Below are positions 42,454 through 56,133 of a stretch of DNA of 64,000 nucleotides, piece after piece; the first letter of the stretch is position 1, and every line of letters starts with the position of its first letter. This DNA is from Octopus vulgaris (lineage: Eukaryota). The notes under the pieces are model-generated. The model had not been told where the DNA came from. It did no database searches and saw only the letters and a list, made by a program, of their open reading frames with translations. Position numbers and translations under genes: made by a program. The DNA is taken from positions 99,448,001-99,512,000 of the forward strand of contig OX597818.1 in NCBI GenBank assembly GCA_951406725.2. The letters are read 5' to 3'.

Positions 42454-42974
42454 CGGACTTCCCTGTTGAAATATAAAAAATAACTGAATGAAAGTTTTAA
42501 GTAAATAATCAATCAAATTCAGATATTTTCGGTAATCATGCAGATGTATGGATTTGCGCATTAGATCAATGATAAAAAGGGCTTTATGCTTATACAAGTT
42601 AGTACATGTTTCTTACGAGAAAGGCATATTTACATATAAAGTCTTTGATAAATATTATTACATGGACATAGAGTTTATTTAGGTATGAATGTACACACAT
42701 GAAATACGATTTCATATATATATATACATAATTGTGCATCAACACTTATTTATATAAGCATGCATACACGTTTCTTGTAAACATAATGATTCACATAGAC
42801 ACACGCACTTTCACACTTATTCATACACAGCATCGAATACTTATATAGTTTCTCCACGGCGTGAATAAACTAGAACGGTAGATTGAACGGGGTTGTATTT
42901 CATTCTCCTATATAGCCACTTCAAACACTACAGTAGCATATAATTCACTAACTACAAACACTAAAACGCATTCA

Positions 42975-43925
42975 CCAGAGAGACATTCGATCTGGTCCAA
43001 TCTGTCATTGAGCTAGGACGTTAATAGCTGTATAGTTAACACTTCTCCTCCTTAACAAACATTCCCACAAAGACAACAAACTTCATGAATAATAAAACAG
43101 GAGCAATATAAAAGTCAAGTGTTCCTTAATACTTTTTGTTAGAAGAGTAATTTCTTTTGATATAAATAGAATCCCTGGAAACACATAAACCAACGACGAC
43201 CAAAATTATCAATATATTGAGTCATATCCCTTAAATATATGACTACAAGCATTCTATGTCAGGCTACTACAACTGAGTGAAGGTGCCTGGCTCAGTGGCT
43301 AGAGAGTCGGACTCACAATGATGAGTTGGTGAGTTTGAGTCCCGTACCAAGCAACCTGAAATAAAGTGTCTTGCTCAAGACACTTTATTTTACGTTGCTC
43401 CAGTTCACTCATTTGTAGAAATGAGTTGCGATGTCACTGTTGCCAAGCTGTATCGGCCTTTGCCTTTCTCTTGGATAACATCGGTGGCGTGGAGAAGAGA
43501 GGCCGGTATGCATGGGTGACTGCTGGTCTGCCATAAACAATCTTGCTCGTGAACTTTCTTTGTACAATCCACTGGTCATTCATGACCGAAGAGATTCTTT
43601 GAAGTAAAAACAGAAGCTCGCAATATTGTGTCTATCAAGGAAAACGAAACTCATTTATGAGCCAATCATTGCAGCAAAGATATTTTAAACACTGCCACAG
43701 ACGAAATAAAACATAATTTTTTTTCTCGAAACATATTTGACAGAGTAAAATATGAGTTTTCCAGCATTGCATGGTCTATCTTAGACAAAGGGATCGTATA
43801 AAATAGTTAATGAAAACCGCACAATTTATGCTTAACAGAGAAATAGCATACCACAAACCACACCAGCAATGAGGAAAAAGACAAAGCAAATGAAAGTACA
43901 CTAGCAAATACTACTTCTTTTTGAG
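42975..43925 (+). pseudogene. Decayed Penelope-like element ORF (post-RT linker and GIY-YIG region), interrupted by a family C SINE
   Basis: Frameshifted fragments RHSIWSN, LLNKHSHKDNKLHE**NRSNIKV, SILCQATTTE, FKH..RNKT, SKHI*, IAWSILDK and NLCLTEK occur in the order expected for Penelope-clade motifs (IIWFNPP, LDKHF..LHKIFNRN.VKVSYSC, LSK.IW, I.W.IL, C.LCL.EK). Confidence 0.75.
43280..43600 (+). mobile_element. tRNA-derived SINE family C, full length, inserted in the Penelope-like remnant
   Basis: ggtgcctggctcagtggctagag (A box)...gagtttgagtccc (B-box-like) and shared body. Confidence 0.88.
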
Positions 43926-44104
43926 GTAACAAAGTCGTAGTGGCGTCACATATCATATGTGACATTGTTATTGTGCCTTCTTCTTCCACTCCTGCTACAG
44001 GAACTACAGAAGTCCAATGTACTGAAATTCGTAGAGACCAATATGAAACAGTGGTATGGAAGGAGCTACAAACATTATTCATATATGTATGTGTATATGT
44101 ATAG

Positions 44105-44482
44105 ACTCTTTTACTCTTTTTCTTGTTTCAGTTATTTTGACTGCGGCTATGCTGGAGCACCGCCTTTAGTCGAGCAGATCGACCCCAGGATTTTTACTTT
44201 GTAAGCCTAGTACTTATTCTATCGGTCTCTTTTGCCGAACCGCTAAGTTACGGCGACGTAAACACACTAGAATCGGTTGTCAAGCGATGTTGGACACACA
44301 CACACATGCATATATATATATACATATATATATACAACGGGCTTTTTTTCAGCTTCCGTCTACTAAATCCACACACAAGGCTTTGATCGGCCCGAGGCTA
44401 TAGTAGAAGACACTTGCCCAAGGTGCCACGTAGCGGGACTGAACCCGGAACCATGTGGTTCGTAAGTAAGCTACTTACCATA
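44105..44482 (-). mobile_element. SINE family A
   Basis: Near end-to-end match to other A copies. Confidence 0.9.
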
Positions 44483-44891
44483 CATACACATATTCAGAGT
44501 GTAAGCGTATATGTGTGTTTGTGAGCACACACACACACACATACCAATTGTAGCATGTATTCTAACACGACTTTGTCCTAACCCGTTCTTCAATGCACAA
44601 TTACAAAAGAAGAGGTGGCAATGAAAATCCTAATCTGATAACACCAATAGCTTGAAACTTTCGTCACCACACTCCTTTGCAAAAGTTGTTTATAACCGTT
44701 AACGACATTACAGAAGGAGAATATCTCTTGAAAATGAGGTGAGAAAAATATCAAATTTTTGCCGATCACGCATCAAGATAGCAATGAGGCAAAACGATAT
44801 TCGATGTGCTTATTGGATAAAGCAAATATCTTATTCAAACATCCACTATCTCTGTGTAGAAGCTAGGAAATTTCGATCTGTTGTAAACAAA

Positions 44892-45295
44892 GGTGCAGAT
44901 GCCGTGTGTGGTAAGAAGCTGCGGCGAGCTGGCAGAAACGTTAGCACGCCGGGCGGAATTCTTAAGCGGTATTTCGTCTGCTGTTACGTTCAGAGCTCAA
45001 ATTCCTCCGAGGTCGACTTTGCCTTTCATCCTTTACATACTGGGGTCGATGTAATCGACTTAATCCCTTTGTTTGTCCCCTCTATGTTTAGCCCCTTGTG
45101 GGCAATAAAGAAAGAAGAAGCTTGCTGCCTAACCATGTTGTTTCAGGTTCATCCCCACTGCAGGGCATCTTGGGCAAGATTTTTTCTACAATAGACACTA
45201 CCGACCAAAGCTTTGTGAGGGGAATTGGTAGACAGAAACTGAAAGAAGCCCATCGTATATACGTATACACACACACACACACACACACACATATA

Positions 45296-45346
<51 letters not shown>

Positions 45347-45560
45347 ATGTGTGTGTGTATTTGTGTCGGTGTTTGTCTCCATTCACCGCTTAACAAACGG
45401 TGTTGGTGTGTTTAGGTCTCCGTGACATAGCGGCTCGGCAAGAGAGACGAATAGGATAAGTACTAAGCTAAAAAAATAGGTCCGGGGGGATGGGTCAATT
45501 AATTCGGTTAAAAATTATTCACGGTGGTGCCCCAGCATGACCGCAGTCTAATGATAAAAA
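44892..45560 (+). mobile_element. Older family A SINE with a B1 SINE (44921-45114) nested in its head
   Basis: A head gtgtgtggtaagaagct resumes after the B1 copy; TSD aagaagct at 44913-44920 and 45115-45122. Confidence 0.85.
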
Positions 45561-45946
45561 AATACGACAAATTTATGCCAAACATACTAACTTTTATTGA
45601 AGTCAAAACATTTAATGGAAATAGGAAAAGATACCCCTTATATCTCGGAAAAAACAACCGTACGGGGCGAACGAGTATTTATCAGTTCACTTTGATTTCC
45701 AGAATCAGCAATGGGGGCTGCAGTTCACCACTTATCATCTACAAAATAGTGACAGCCAGGGAATATGTAGAATTATTTCCATCATGGTTTTCAGTGTTTA
45801 CTCAGAGGTTGAATTGTGGTCTATGTGTAAAAATCCGTAGCAGCTACGAAATGAGTGATAAAATTTCAGCAAATGTATTCCATGACATATATTGAATCTT
45901 CTTTTCAGCGATTGCATTTCTAAAAATGTGTGTACGCATACATACA

Positions 45947-45977
<31 letters not shown>

Positions 45978-46019
45978 TATATATATATATACATATATGT
46001 ATTATATATATATACACAC

Positions 46020-46050
<31 letters not shown>

Positions 46051-46105
46051 ATATATACACACACATGCATACGTACATACATACAAACAAACATATATAC
46101 ACCAA

Positions 46106-46146
<41 letters not shown>

Positions 46147-46269
46147 GTACGTTTGCATGCGCATCTGTTTAAATCTTTGATATCTTACGATAAAAAAGAA
46201 TTGGAGCTTTTAACTATAAAAGATAGCTCCATCATAGGAGTATGTATATGTACTTATATAAATCTATAA

Positions 46270-46339
<70 letters not shown>

Positions 46340-47180
46340 ATATGTGTGTGTGTATGGTGTATGTGTGTGTGCATGTAAATACATACATACCTATATATAC
46401 ATATGAACATGTATATGTAAATGTATATTTATGTATGTATGCCTATGGACACATATTTGTATCTTCGTACGCATGACCATACTAACGTTGAATCCTACAC
46501 GGAGGAAAATAAAAGTTATGTAAAATTTATATCTTTGCGATGAAACTATGATTTTTTCATATAGAAAATTTTGATAAAGATACACAGAATACTGAAGCAA
46601 GTCATATACCCTTATAATGGGTTGATTTAGATTTTTTTTTTGTTTATTCTCCAAAGATGTTTGACGCAGCAAAACTTTAAATGAGTTCCATGATAGATAG
46701 AGAAAAGAGAAGACAAGTTTGATGCGAAGAGTTCTACACGAAAGAACAATATGGAAGTCGTTTTGAGAATTTTCCTTTTCCAAGCGTTTCCCATGCTGGC
46801 AGTTATGGCGGAGATAGCAATGTGGGCAACAACGTTAAATGCAGCATCACAGCAACAAAGACAACAACAACAACAAGAAACAAACAACAACAACAACAAC
46901 ATGAACACTTATCAGCTACAAAACCAATAATAATAATGAGAATTATGTAAACAAATCCGATAAGAACATCGGCAGCAAAGAAAACAAGATCGATGTTTGA
47001 AGCAACAGCTGCACTCACAAAGAAAAAAAAAAATATGCTGTAACAACAGGAACTGCAACAGCAACTGAAAAGCTGATAATATCCAAAGAATTAAACTAGG
47101 ATACACACACACACACACACACACACATATATGCACACGCATACACATATTTGCAAGTTTATGTATATACATACAAAACA

Positions 47181-47227
<47 letters not shown>

Positions 47228-47501
47228 ATATTTGTCTGTATGTATAAGCGTGCAATTCTAAAAGCAGCAGCGAGAGCAGTGACAACTGTAAAATAGATTC
47301 TAATATATTGTCGTTGACAGTCACATGAGAAATTTTTCCCAAACTCTTTCCAGCTCGGGATTTTTCAGTCCAAATAGAAGCCCACGAGTGCCAATCAGAA
47401 GAGGTTGAGCAAACTTCATGGTCTTTGCAGGACATGGCGTGAACAACAGAAAACAAAAACAATACAAAAACAAACAAACTATGAACCAAGGTTTAACTAT
47501 A

Positions 47502-47735
47502 TATTTCTTTACTACCCACAAGGGGCTAAACACAGAGGGGACAAACAAGGACAGACAAAGGGATTAAGTCGATTACATCGACCGCCAGTGCGTAACTGGT
47601 ACTTAATTTATCGACACCGAAAGGATGAAAGGTAAAGTCGACCTCGGCGGAATTTGAACTCGGAACGTAACGACAGACGAAATACGGCTACGCATTTCGC
47701 CCGGCGTGCTAACGTTTCTGCCAGCTCGCCGCCTT
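47502..47735 (-). mobile_element. SINE family B1, full length, with 16-bp TSD
   Basis: ccaaggtttaactata at 47486-47501 and 47738-47753. Confidence 0.95.
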
Positions 47736-49307
47736 TCCCAAGGTTTAACTATAGACATGACTTTGTCTAGCGCTTTACCGTTTCGCTCTAAAACATATAA
47801 ATAGGTTATTAGGTGGCTAATTGGAAGAGTCGTTAGCACATCAGATGAAATGCTTTGTGAATTTTATTCCGGCTCCTCACATTCTGAGTTCAAATACCGT
47901 TGAGATTAATTTTGCGTTTCATGTTTCCAGTGTCGATAAATACCGTGCCAGTCTTGGTCAGTGGACTGATGAAATCTTTAACGTGTCGGTGGGATGCTTT
48001 CCTGTATTTATTCCAGCTCTTTGAGCTCTGATTTCAAACCCGCTCCTAGTCCTCGAGTGCACTTAGAGGAGTTTACTCCCCTAAATGCACCCAAGGATTT
48101 GAGTCAAGTCAGCAGTTTAATAGTATCTTCTTTCATTCCAGCAAATCTCGGAAACTTTTTTAAAGAGACATGAGCACTTTGCTTTCCTCCCAACTAAGCA
48201 ATGAAGAGAGTCGTACCTTAGTCATCATACTGACTAAAGAAATTGTGGCTTGTTTCAGAATACGACTGTTGCTTAACGACCCCTCTTCACAATAAATGGA
48301 CGAAAAGAAACACAAGTTAAACCGAAACAGATGATCAGGATTAAGCTGTAGATGATGCTGTTGTTATTGTTATTGTTATTGTTGAAGTCTGACATAACAA
48401 AGCACTTTAATGTTCAAGTATAGTCTAAACAAAACCACCATGTCTTTTATTCATTCAGAGCATACCTATGATTATATTGTGCAAAGTATAAATTCCGTTT
48501 AAAACAAAAGAGTTAACTGGAATGTCTAGCAGATGGAGAGATTACTTAGCGACTCCCTGAATTACTCGTTCAGGTTTTAATAATAAACCTCGGTTAATTT
48601 ATTTAATTATGCCGATACTTTTCAACAAAACTTGGCATGACGCCAAGCAAAAATATGTAAGAGAAAAAAAATAATCGTTGCCATTACTCGTATTGACGTA
48701 TATGCTATTGGTGCGGTTGATGTTGGCAGTTGTGATAGTTTGTTGCTGTGTTGATATTCACCCACAATCACAGTTTTCAAGATAACACTGACAGTTTTAG
48801 CAATAGAAAATTTTCGAACTAGTAAAATAAAAAAAATAAAAAATTATAAAATATATAAATTATTGTATAAATAAAAAAAAATATTTAAAAAAGTTATAAA
48901 TACAATTATAACAACTCGGAATGGTGAGAGCGCTAGAAAGTTTACTGTTATCAGCTCAAATGGAGAGAATAGGGAAAGCTTCTGTGGAAAACTTAGAAAC
49001 GTTTAAACACATATCAACGTATACATGCATATTAATCTGTAATCTCTGTCCTCTTTTTCTCTCACCCACTTTCTTTCTTTCTCTCTCCTCTTATGGTATA
49101 CATACATACATACATATATGCATGCATGCATACATATATATAATTTTATTTTATTTATATGTATATAAATATATATATATATATATATATAAGCATGCAC
49201 ACAAACATATATACATACATATATATACATATATATATATATATGTATATATGTATATATATTTATATACATATATATTTATATACATATATATGAATAT
49301 ATATATG

Positions 49308-49343
<36 letters not shown>

Positions 49344-49994
49344 CATAAATACACATACACACACATATGCGGTGTCTATAAACATGCATACATATCTTTA
49401 TTCAGGAAGATTTAGCAATGTAAATATCAGTTCTGTCGTGGTTTAAAATGGATAAATAAACAAATGAGCAAATAAATAATGGATAAATAAATAATGACTT
49501 GAAGAGAGTAACCCTGTATGAAAAGCATGAAATACAACAATGTGATAAAGAAACCAAGAGAAACACAGACCAAAAAAAAAAAAAAATGAAAAGCAAAAAT
49601 GAAATTGGAATCGATATAAAGAAATAAATATGGTAAAGTCTATAATTTCCTGATAGAATTCCTACAAAGTTTCTTCATATCTGTAAAAATCTCTTGCCGA
49701 AGTTGTGTTATATCGGTAACATTTTCAAACATTTTCGAAACATCACCGCTCCTTTTTTGTCCTTTTTAAATATATTTGCATGAAAATCAAAATAATAAAA
49801 AAAATCTGCCTACTGCCTATCACATTATTTTTACATTTCAAATGCTGTATAATTTACCACATTTTGTCAAAATATATTTATTGCTATTATTTCTAGTAAC
49901 AATTTACAGTAAGCTCAAAATATGCCTGACTATAAGGTTAAATTTGTTTAGAGAAATTCGGACAAGACCTTTCTCAATATTGTTTCACTTACAA

Positions 49995-50200
49995 AGGCGA
50001 AGTACAGGCCAAAACGTTAGCATGCCGGGCGAAATGCTTAACACCATTTCGCCCGGTTTTACATTTTGAGTTCAAATCCTGCCGAAGATGTCTTTGCCTT
50101 TCATCCTTTTAGGGTAGATAATATAAGTAGTAGTTGAGTACTGGGGTCGACTTAGTCTTTCCGCAGGAATTACTAGTCTTGCGCTAAAATTTGAAGTCAA
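49995..50200 (+). mobile_element. SINE family B2, diverged
   Basis: cgttagcatgccgggcgaaatgc...gagttcaaatcc...gcctttcatcc...aaaatttgaa. Confidence 0.8.
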
Positions 50201-50391
50201 TATTGTTTTACTTAAACACGCACATACAAAAACCTACAGACAAAATATCTCGACACCATCTGTATATAAAATTCTTTTAAAGCGGCTTTAGATAAGCCAA
50301 CAATATGCACACTCGACGTGCTAGAAATAGTACCTTAATCTTTCAGAAATCGCACACTTTCATTTTAATGATGTAGAAGATACAACATACA

Positions 50392-50900
50392 AGCGCAGGC
50401 ACGGCTGAGTGGTTGAAAATCTCGCTTTGTAACTATAAGTTTCTGGTTTATTCTCAGCATACGGCAGCCTGGGCAAGTATCTTCTACTATTGTTCCAATC
50501 CAGATGATGCCTTAAGAATAAATTTGGTACACGAAATACCGTCATGTAGTTACATAAAAAACAAAAAAAAAAATCAAATGATTAAATACAGAAGATATAA
50601 GTGGGTATATCTATGTCCATGTGTATCTTTGTGTCTGTGTTTGTCAATACCTCACAGCTTGACAACCGGCGTTGGTTTGTTCAAGTCCTTATAACTTAGT
50701 AGCTTGGCAACAGTTACCGATAGAACAAGTATTAGACTACCAAAAACAAAACAAAACAAACAAACAAAAAACGAAAGCAAAAAAAGAGCAAAAAACTAAC
50801 AACATCAACACTGAGTTGATTTGTTCGACTAAAAACGCTTTCATATCGGTGCCCCAGCATGGCCGAAGTCCAGTGGCTGAAGCACGTAAAAGATATAAAG
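50392..50900 (+). mobile_element. Old diverged family A SINE
   Basis: gcgcaggcacggctgagtgg...gggcaagtatcttctactat...gtgccccagcatggccg. Confidence 0.7.
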
Positions 50901-51031
50901 AAAGAAACAATAACCTATATAATGTAGTCATACACACACACATACACACCCACTGGCTCACGAGCACATATATGTGTGTGTGTGTATTAGTCAATGAAAT
51001 TGATTCTTCTATACAGAGTCAAAGAATCTCG

Positions 51032-51115
<84 letters not shown>

Positions 51116-51120
51116 AATAT

Positions 51121-51497
51121 CGTGGCACTCTGTCGGTTACGATGACGTGGGTCCCAGGTGATCGATCAACGGAACAGCCTGCTTGTGAAATTAATATGCA
51201 AGTGGCTGAACACTTTACAGACACGTGTACCCTTAACATAGTTCTCGGGGAGATTCAGCGTGACACAGGGCGTGACAAGGCTGGCTCCTTTGAAATACAA
51301 GAAACAGGAAGAAAGAATGAGAGAAAGTCGGGGTGAAAGAGTACAAATGGGTTTGCCATCACCCCCTGCCGGAGCCTCGTAGAGCTTTCGGTGTTTTCGC
51401 TCAATAAACACTCACAACATCCAAGCTGGGAATTGAAACTACGATTCTACGACCGCGAGTCCACTGCCTTAACCACTGGGCCATTGCGCCTCCACAC
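51121..51497 (-). mobile_element. tRNA-derived SINE family D
   Basis: Minus strand GGCGCAATGGCCCAGTGGTTAAGGCAGTGGACTCGCGG...GTTTCAATTCCC; diverged relatives of its 3' body near 59510-59650 and 63040-63145. Confidence 0.8.
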
Positions 51498-51530
<33 letters not shown>

Positions 51531-51568
51531 TGTATGTATGTATGTATGTATGTATGTATGTATGTATG

Positions 51569-52040
51569 TCGTTTGAGAAATCTCGAGTTGCACATGAGAA
51601 AGTAAGGAGGGATGTCAGGAAGGGCAACGCTGTTACACTTCCAGAAGGGAAGAGTCTTCCTTTGATTCTGACATGCAATGTCTGTGCAAGACCCTGCCTC
51701 GGTAAAGCTGGACTCATGAGTCATCTTCGTAGTCATAAAATAAGACAGATGAGTGACAACCTGGCCACTGATGGTGGTGTAATACACCATACTAATCATA
51801 TCTGTCGGGCATGTGGAAGAGAGTGTAATTCGGCAGGAGGACTTAAACGACATGCAAAGGTACATGAAGCCCAGTTACAACTACAACCGGTTATGACTAG
51901 TAAAGGTCTTAGTTGCTAATTTTGTACAAGACATTGTAGATCTTTAGCTGGGCTAAAAAGTCACATTCGATCACAGCACCAGTAACAGTTAAGCTTCGTG
52001 CAATGGCCATACTCGATAACGAGGAGTCAGCCATAATAAT
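51569..52040 (+). mobile_element. 5'-truncated RTE-type LINE 3' end encoding three C2H2 zinc fingers
   Basis: FEKSRVAHEKVRRDVRK...CNVCARPCLGKAGLMSHLRSH...CRACGRECNSAGGLKRHAKVH...[22 protein letters not shown]; the stop at 51917 is CAA in the 8.3 kb copy; short 3'UTR and (TAA) tail. Confidence 0.85.
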
Positions 52041-52049
52041 GTATGTATG

Positions 52050-52083
<34 letters not shown>

Positions 52084-52115
52084 TGTATGTATGTATGTAT
52101 GTATGTATGTATCTA

Positions 52116-52186
<71 letters not shown>

Positions 52187-52899
52187 ATATATAAATAAGA
52201 TGAAATGGTCACGGCTCGAATGCTTTTGGTCATATATCTGCTACATCAGCTCTGATCTAGCCCAAAACAACTTCGATAGTTATCGCCCATTTAATTAACT
52301 TGTTCATTTGTCTTTCAACTTGCGTTATTTCTTTTGCCAATTCAACCAATCGCCGTTAGCACAATCTCTAATTCAAAATCTCTTTTCTGCCATTTCAAAG
52401 ACTAACAGTTAATACTTATTATTTTTCGCTTGCTTTTTTTCCTTGATGTTATTCTCAGACAGGCCATATCAATAGTCTGCATATGCTTTAAGTAGTTATT
52501 CTCTAAACTTAAATCTGAACTTCTGAGAGTGGTAGATATTTGCATGCATTATTTAAAAATATCAATACACTTTCTCTTCCTTATTCTATGTAGTGTCTGA
52601 TCCACTGGATTTTACAACACATTGAAGTTTTAGAGTTTGTTAAGCTCTTGCTAAGACTATCAATTCATTGTTCCGTTACGTTATACCGTAAGAGCTGCAT
52701 CAACAGCTTTACATCACATGCATCGAGTGTATTACGATTCACTCACGCTTTTGTCGTTATACGACGGATTTTAAATATTTTATCTGTATATAGCAATGTA
52801 TATATGTACATATGTATGTATATATTTATGTATGCATGTATGTAAGCTTGTGTATGTATGTATGTATGAATTTACGTATTTAAGTATGTATGCATTTTC

Positions 52900-53145
<246 letters not shown>

Positions 53146-53812
53146 ATTGTGCTGTGACTAATAGTGCTATTCTGTGTATGTGTTATTAGTGCTCTTCTTC
53201 CTATTTCGGATATTCTGAATATTGTGTCTATCTCTCGATTTGCCTTCATTTTATAACTCTCAAGTGCTCTTACCATAGCTGAGTTGTTTAAATTTTCAGC
53301 CTCAACAATTTATTTATTTCCTTTCCTAAGTTTTCTCATTCAGACAGTCTCTCTAAGTTGTCCTTTCAAGGAAATGTTTTCATCCGCAAACATTTGAAAT
53401 TTCATTAGCTGTGATTTTCCTTGCAATAACTCATCGTTTTTAACATATAAATTGATGATCTTAATTGTCTATCATTATGAATAAACCTGTCCAAACATAT
53501 TGTTACCCTGTCATTTCTAGATACTGGCGGTGGCATATGATTGTTCAATATCATTCTCTGTGTCAATTTTGTCGCTTTGATTAATATTTCAGGAAATATT
53601 TGATGGATAGATACTTATGTTAGGTTTCGAGTCAAAATTTTAAACCTGACCTTTAAAGTAAGTGGCATAATTCCTATACCAACCTATTGTATAGCTTTAT
53701 TGTTTTGCACATTTTGGATTTGCAGGTTTTCTTTATAAGGATGTCTTTCTTTGTATATAGTGGTGGTTGTTCAAATCGTTGCTATTTCTCTTTAGTGTGT
53801 CTATTATATATA

Positions 53813-54203
53813 CTAGCAGTATCGCCCGGCGTTGCTCGGGTTTGTTTTGACCCTTTAGAATTGGAATTTTTGAAAGGTAAAATTTTGCATTATCTAGCTT
53901 GTTATTTCCTTTAAGTGAACATTTTTCTGGTTGAAATACACCGAAAAATGGCGACACAGCAGTCAAAAAATCGTAAAAAATAGGGATTTTCAGGGGAAAA
54001 AAGCACCTTTTTGATGTAAATAATTTTTGGTGTTAACATGGTCCGATTTGAAATTTTTCTTCTACGGAAGGAAGATCAAGCCTTCTTCTATCATACTCTC
54101 AATTTTGATCAACTTGTGCCGCAGAGTCTCTGAGGAGATAGTGTTAGTTGAAGGCTACCAAACCTGCCATACACAGACAACTTCAGCTTTATATATAGAG
54201 AGA
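53813..54203 (-). mobile_element. Non-autonomous Helitron, 391 bp
   Basis: Minus strand begins TC (A|TCTCTCTATATATAAAG) and ends with the GC hairpin CCCGAGCAACGCCGGG, 8 nt, then CTAG|T; inserted between A and T with no TSD. Confidence 0.85.
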
Positions 54204-55614
54204 TTAATGCATCATTTCCTTTGTCCTGCTATGCTTTTGATTTACTTGATGTCAGTGGTTAGGAACCTACTCACGCAAGCAATGGATAATTCTTAATGCT
54301 AGATAAGAGAAGTACCGAAATGGACCATTCTGTTACTCTTGATTTCTCCAAGATTTCTGTATCACACTTAAATTTAGTAGGAAATCGAATCGGTATTGTG
54401 GAATAAAGTGAGAAAACAAAAGAACTTTGCTGGAGCTTTTTGTATTTTTTGGATAATACAAAAATATGTCATGCTTTTTCATGGGAAGCGTCGCTGGAAA
54501 GTTGTATTGTCCATGTTCTTTCCTTGAACGTTAGTAGTGCGAATTGATTTCAACCGGGAATTGAAACATGATCGCTACTTGAGGAAACAAATAAAACCAA
54601 AACAGAAACTAAAACAAATAAAACAACTAAATAGTGTAATTTATTTAATCGGGCAATCAAGCGTTTATACCAAATCATCACTCCATCACCATGACAACAA
54701 TAATAATAATGATATAATCGTATCAGAAATATAAAGCAAAAAATATTTTACACAAAGCTCTAAAAGTTAAATAAAATAAAATGTTCCCTAAACAGTACTT
54801 TTGATGCAGAGAATGACTTTTTTTTTTGCTGATCAACTGGGAATTTTTAAATACATAAAATTGTACAAACCCTTCATTGCACCTAACGAATTAGAAAAGA
54901 TATAGTCGAAGTGAAGTGGAGTAAGCTGAGATTTGGCTAAAGGGGAAGATTTCAAATTTCTGATAGTCTTTGATTGATGTGTGTATTTAGGAGTTAGTGG
55001 TTGGGAATGCGCAGTTATGCGACTGGAACATATAATTGAATCTAATCGTTTGAACTATTTTGCAATTAACCTGTTTTTCCTCTATCTCTTCCTCTTCTCT
55101 TTTTGCCCTTTTTTTAAAAAAAAAATAATTCTCTATACAATTTAATTTTTTTTTGTTTGATCATGGTTATATTTCATATTTTTGTTCTTTTGATGAATTA
55201 TATTACAAGACGAACAGCAACAACAATAATGATGACGATAATAATAAACACAAATGAGAAAGAAAAAAAAACAACTATAAAAACAACACAACATCAATAA
55301 ACAAGGAAAGAAGGACAAGCAAACAAACACTAAGCAATCATATAGTTCTCGTTTATTTTATAGTTTTCATTGATTTCCACGGAAGGTGCCATTCAAGGTA
55401 CCAAAATAAACAAAATCAACGTTAACCCTTCAACACGAAACATTATTAGAAAAACACAAGATTACAAAAAAAGGAAGGAAAGAAAAATTGAATGTATTAC
55501 TGAATAGATTAAAACGAAGTTAAAATGAGTAAAAAAAGAAAAAACAACGAACGGAATTCAAGCGGAAAGCAACTGTACAAAAGTATAATCACAGCATACC
55601 TACGTGGTCCCACC

Positions 55615-55800
55615 ACCTGCTGGAAAGACCAGCCAAATCTCTTCTGAATCACATTCGGCTTTATGTGAAGAACAAATTCGATAATGTAATTTTCTAGTTA
55701 CACGCAATGTACTTCATAAAAAAGATGGGGTGGTCATGGTAGGGAAAAGCAGACCTATGCTCTGCATTCTGTGTCTGATCGGTGGTTTGATGTAATACGA
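55615..55800 (+). mobile_element. Old dispersed repeat (motif ctagaaatagcagccaaatc...aaatcaca)
   Basis: Similar degenerate motif seen on either strand near 2830, 5550, 10830, 12365, 24320, 50320, 58950 and 62145; class unknown. Confidence 0.45.
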
Positions 55801-56049
55801 AGCAGTAACAACAAAACATATGGATAACATACGTGAATCAATGAAGGAATCTTTAAGTATGCACTGACTCAGAATAAATTTTAAAAAAAACGAATTTTTT
55901 GCTAAACAAACCATTGTCTATTAAAGAAGGGAAGTCGTATTAGTTCATGTAGTCTTTCGAGCATTGTGTCAAAAAAAAGTTAATTATCAAAGTTGACATT
56001 AAACCAAACAGAACACAACTACCCAACTACCCGTGTATACACACACACA

Positions 56050-56133
<84 letters not shown>

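Noticed and set aside
51569-51985. Host C2H2 zinc-finger gene
   Set aside because: Three 5'-truncated copies share the same 3' end and tail, there are no TGEKP linkers, and one has an internal stop; this is LINE-derived.
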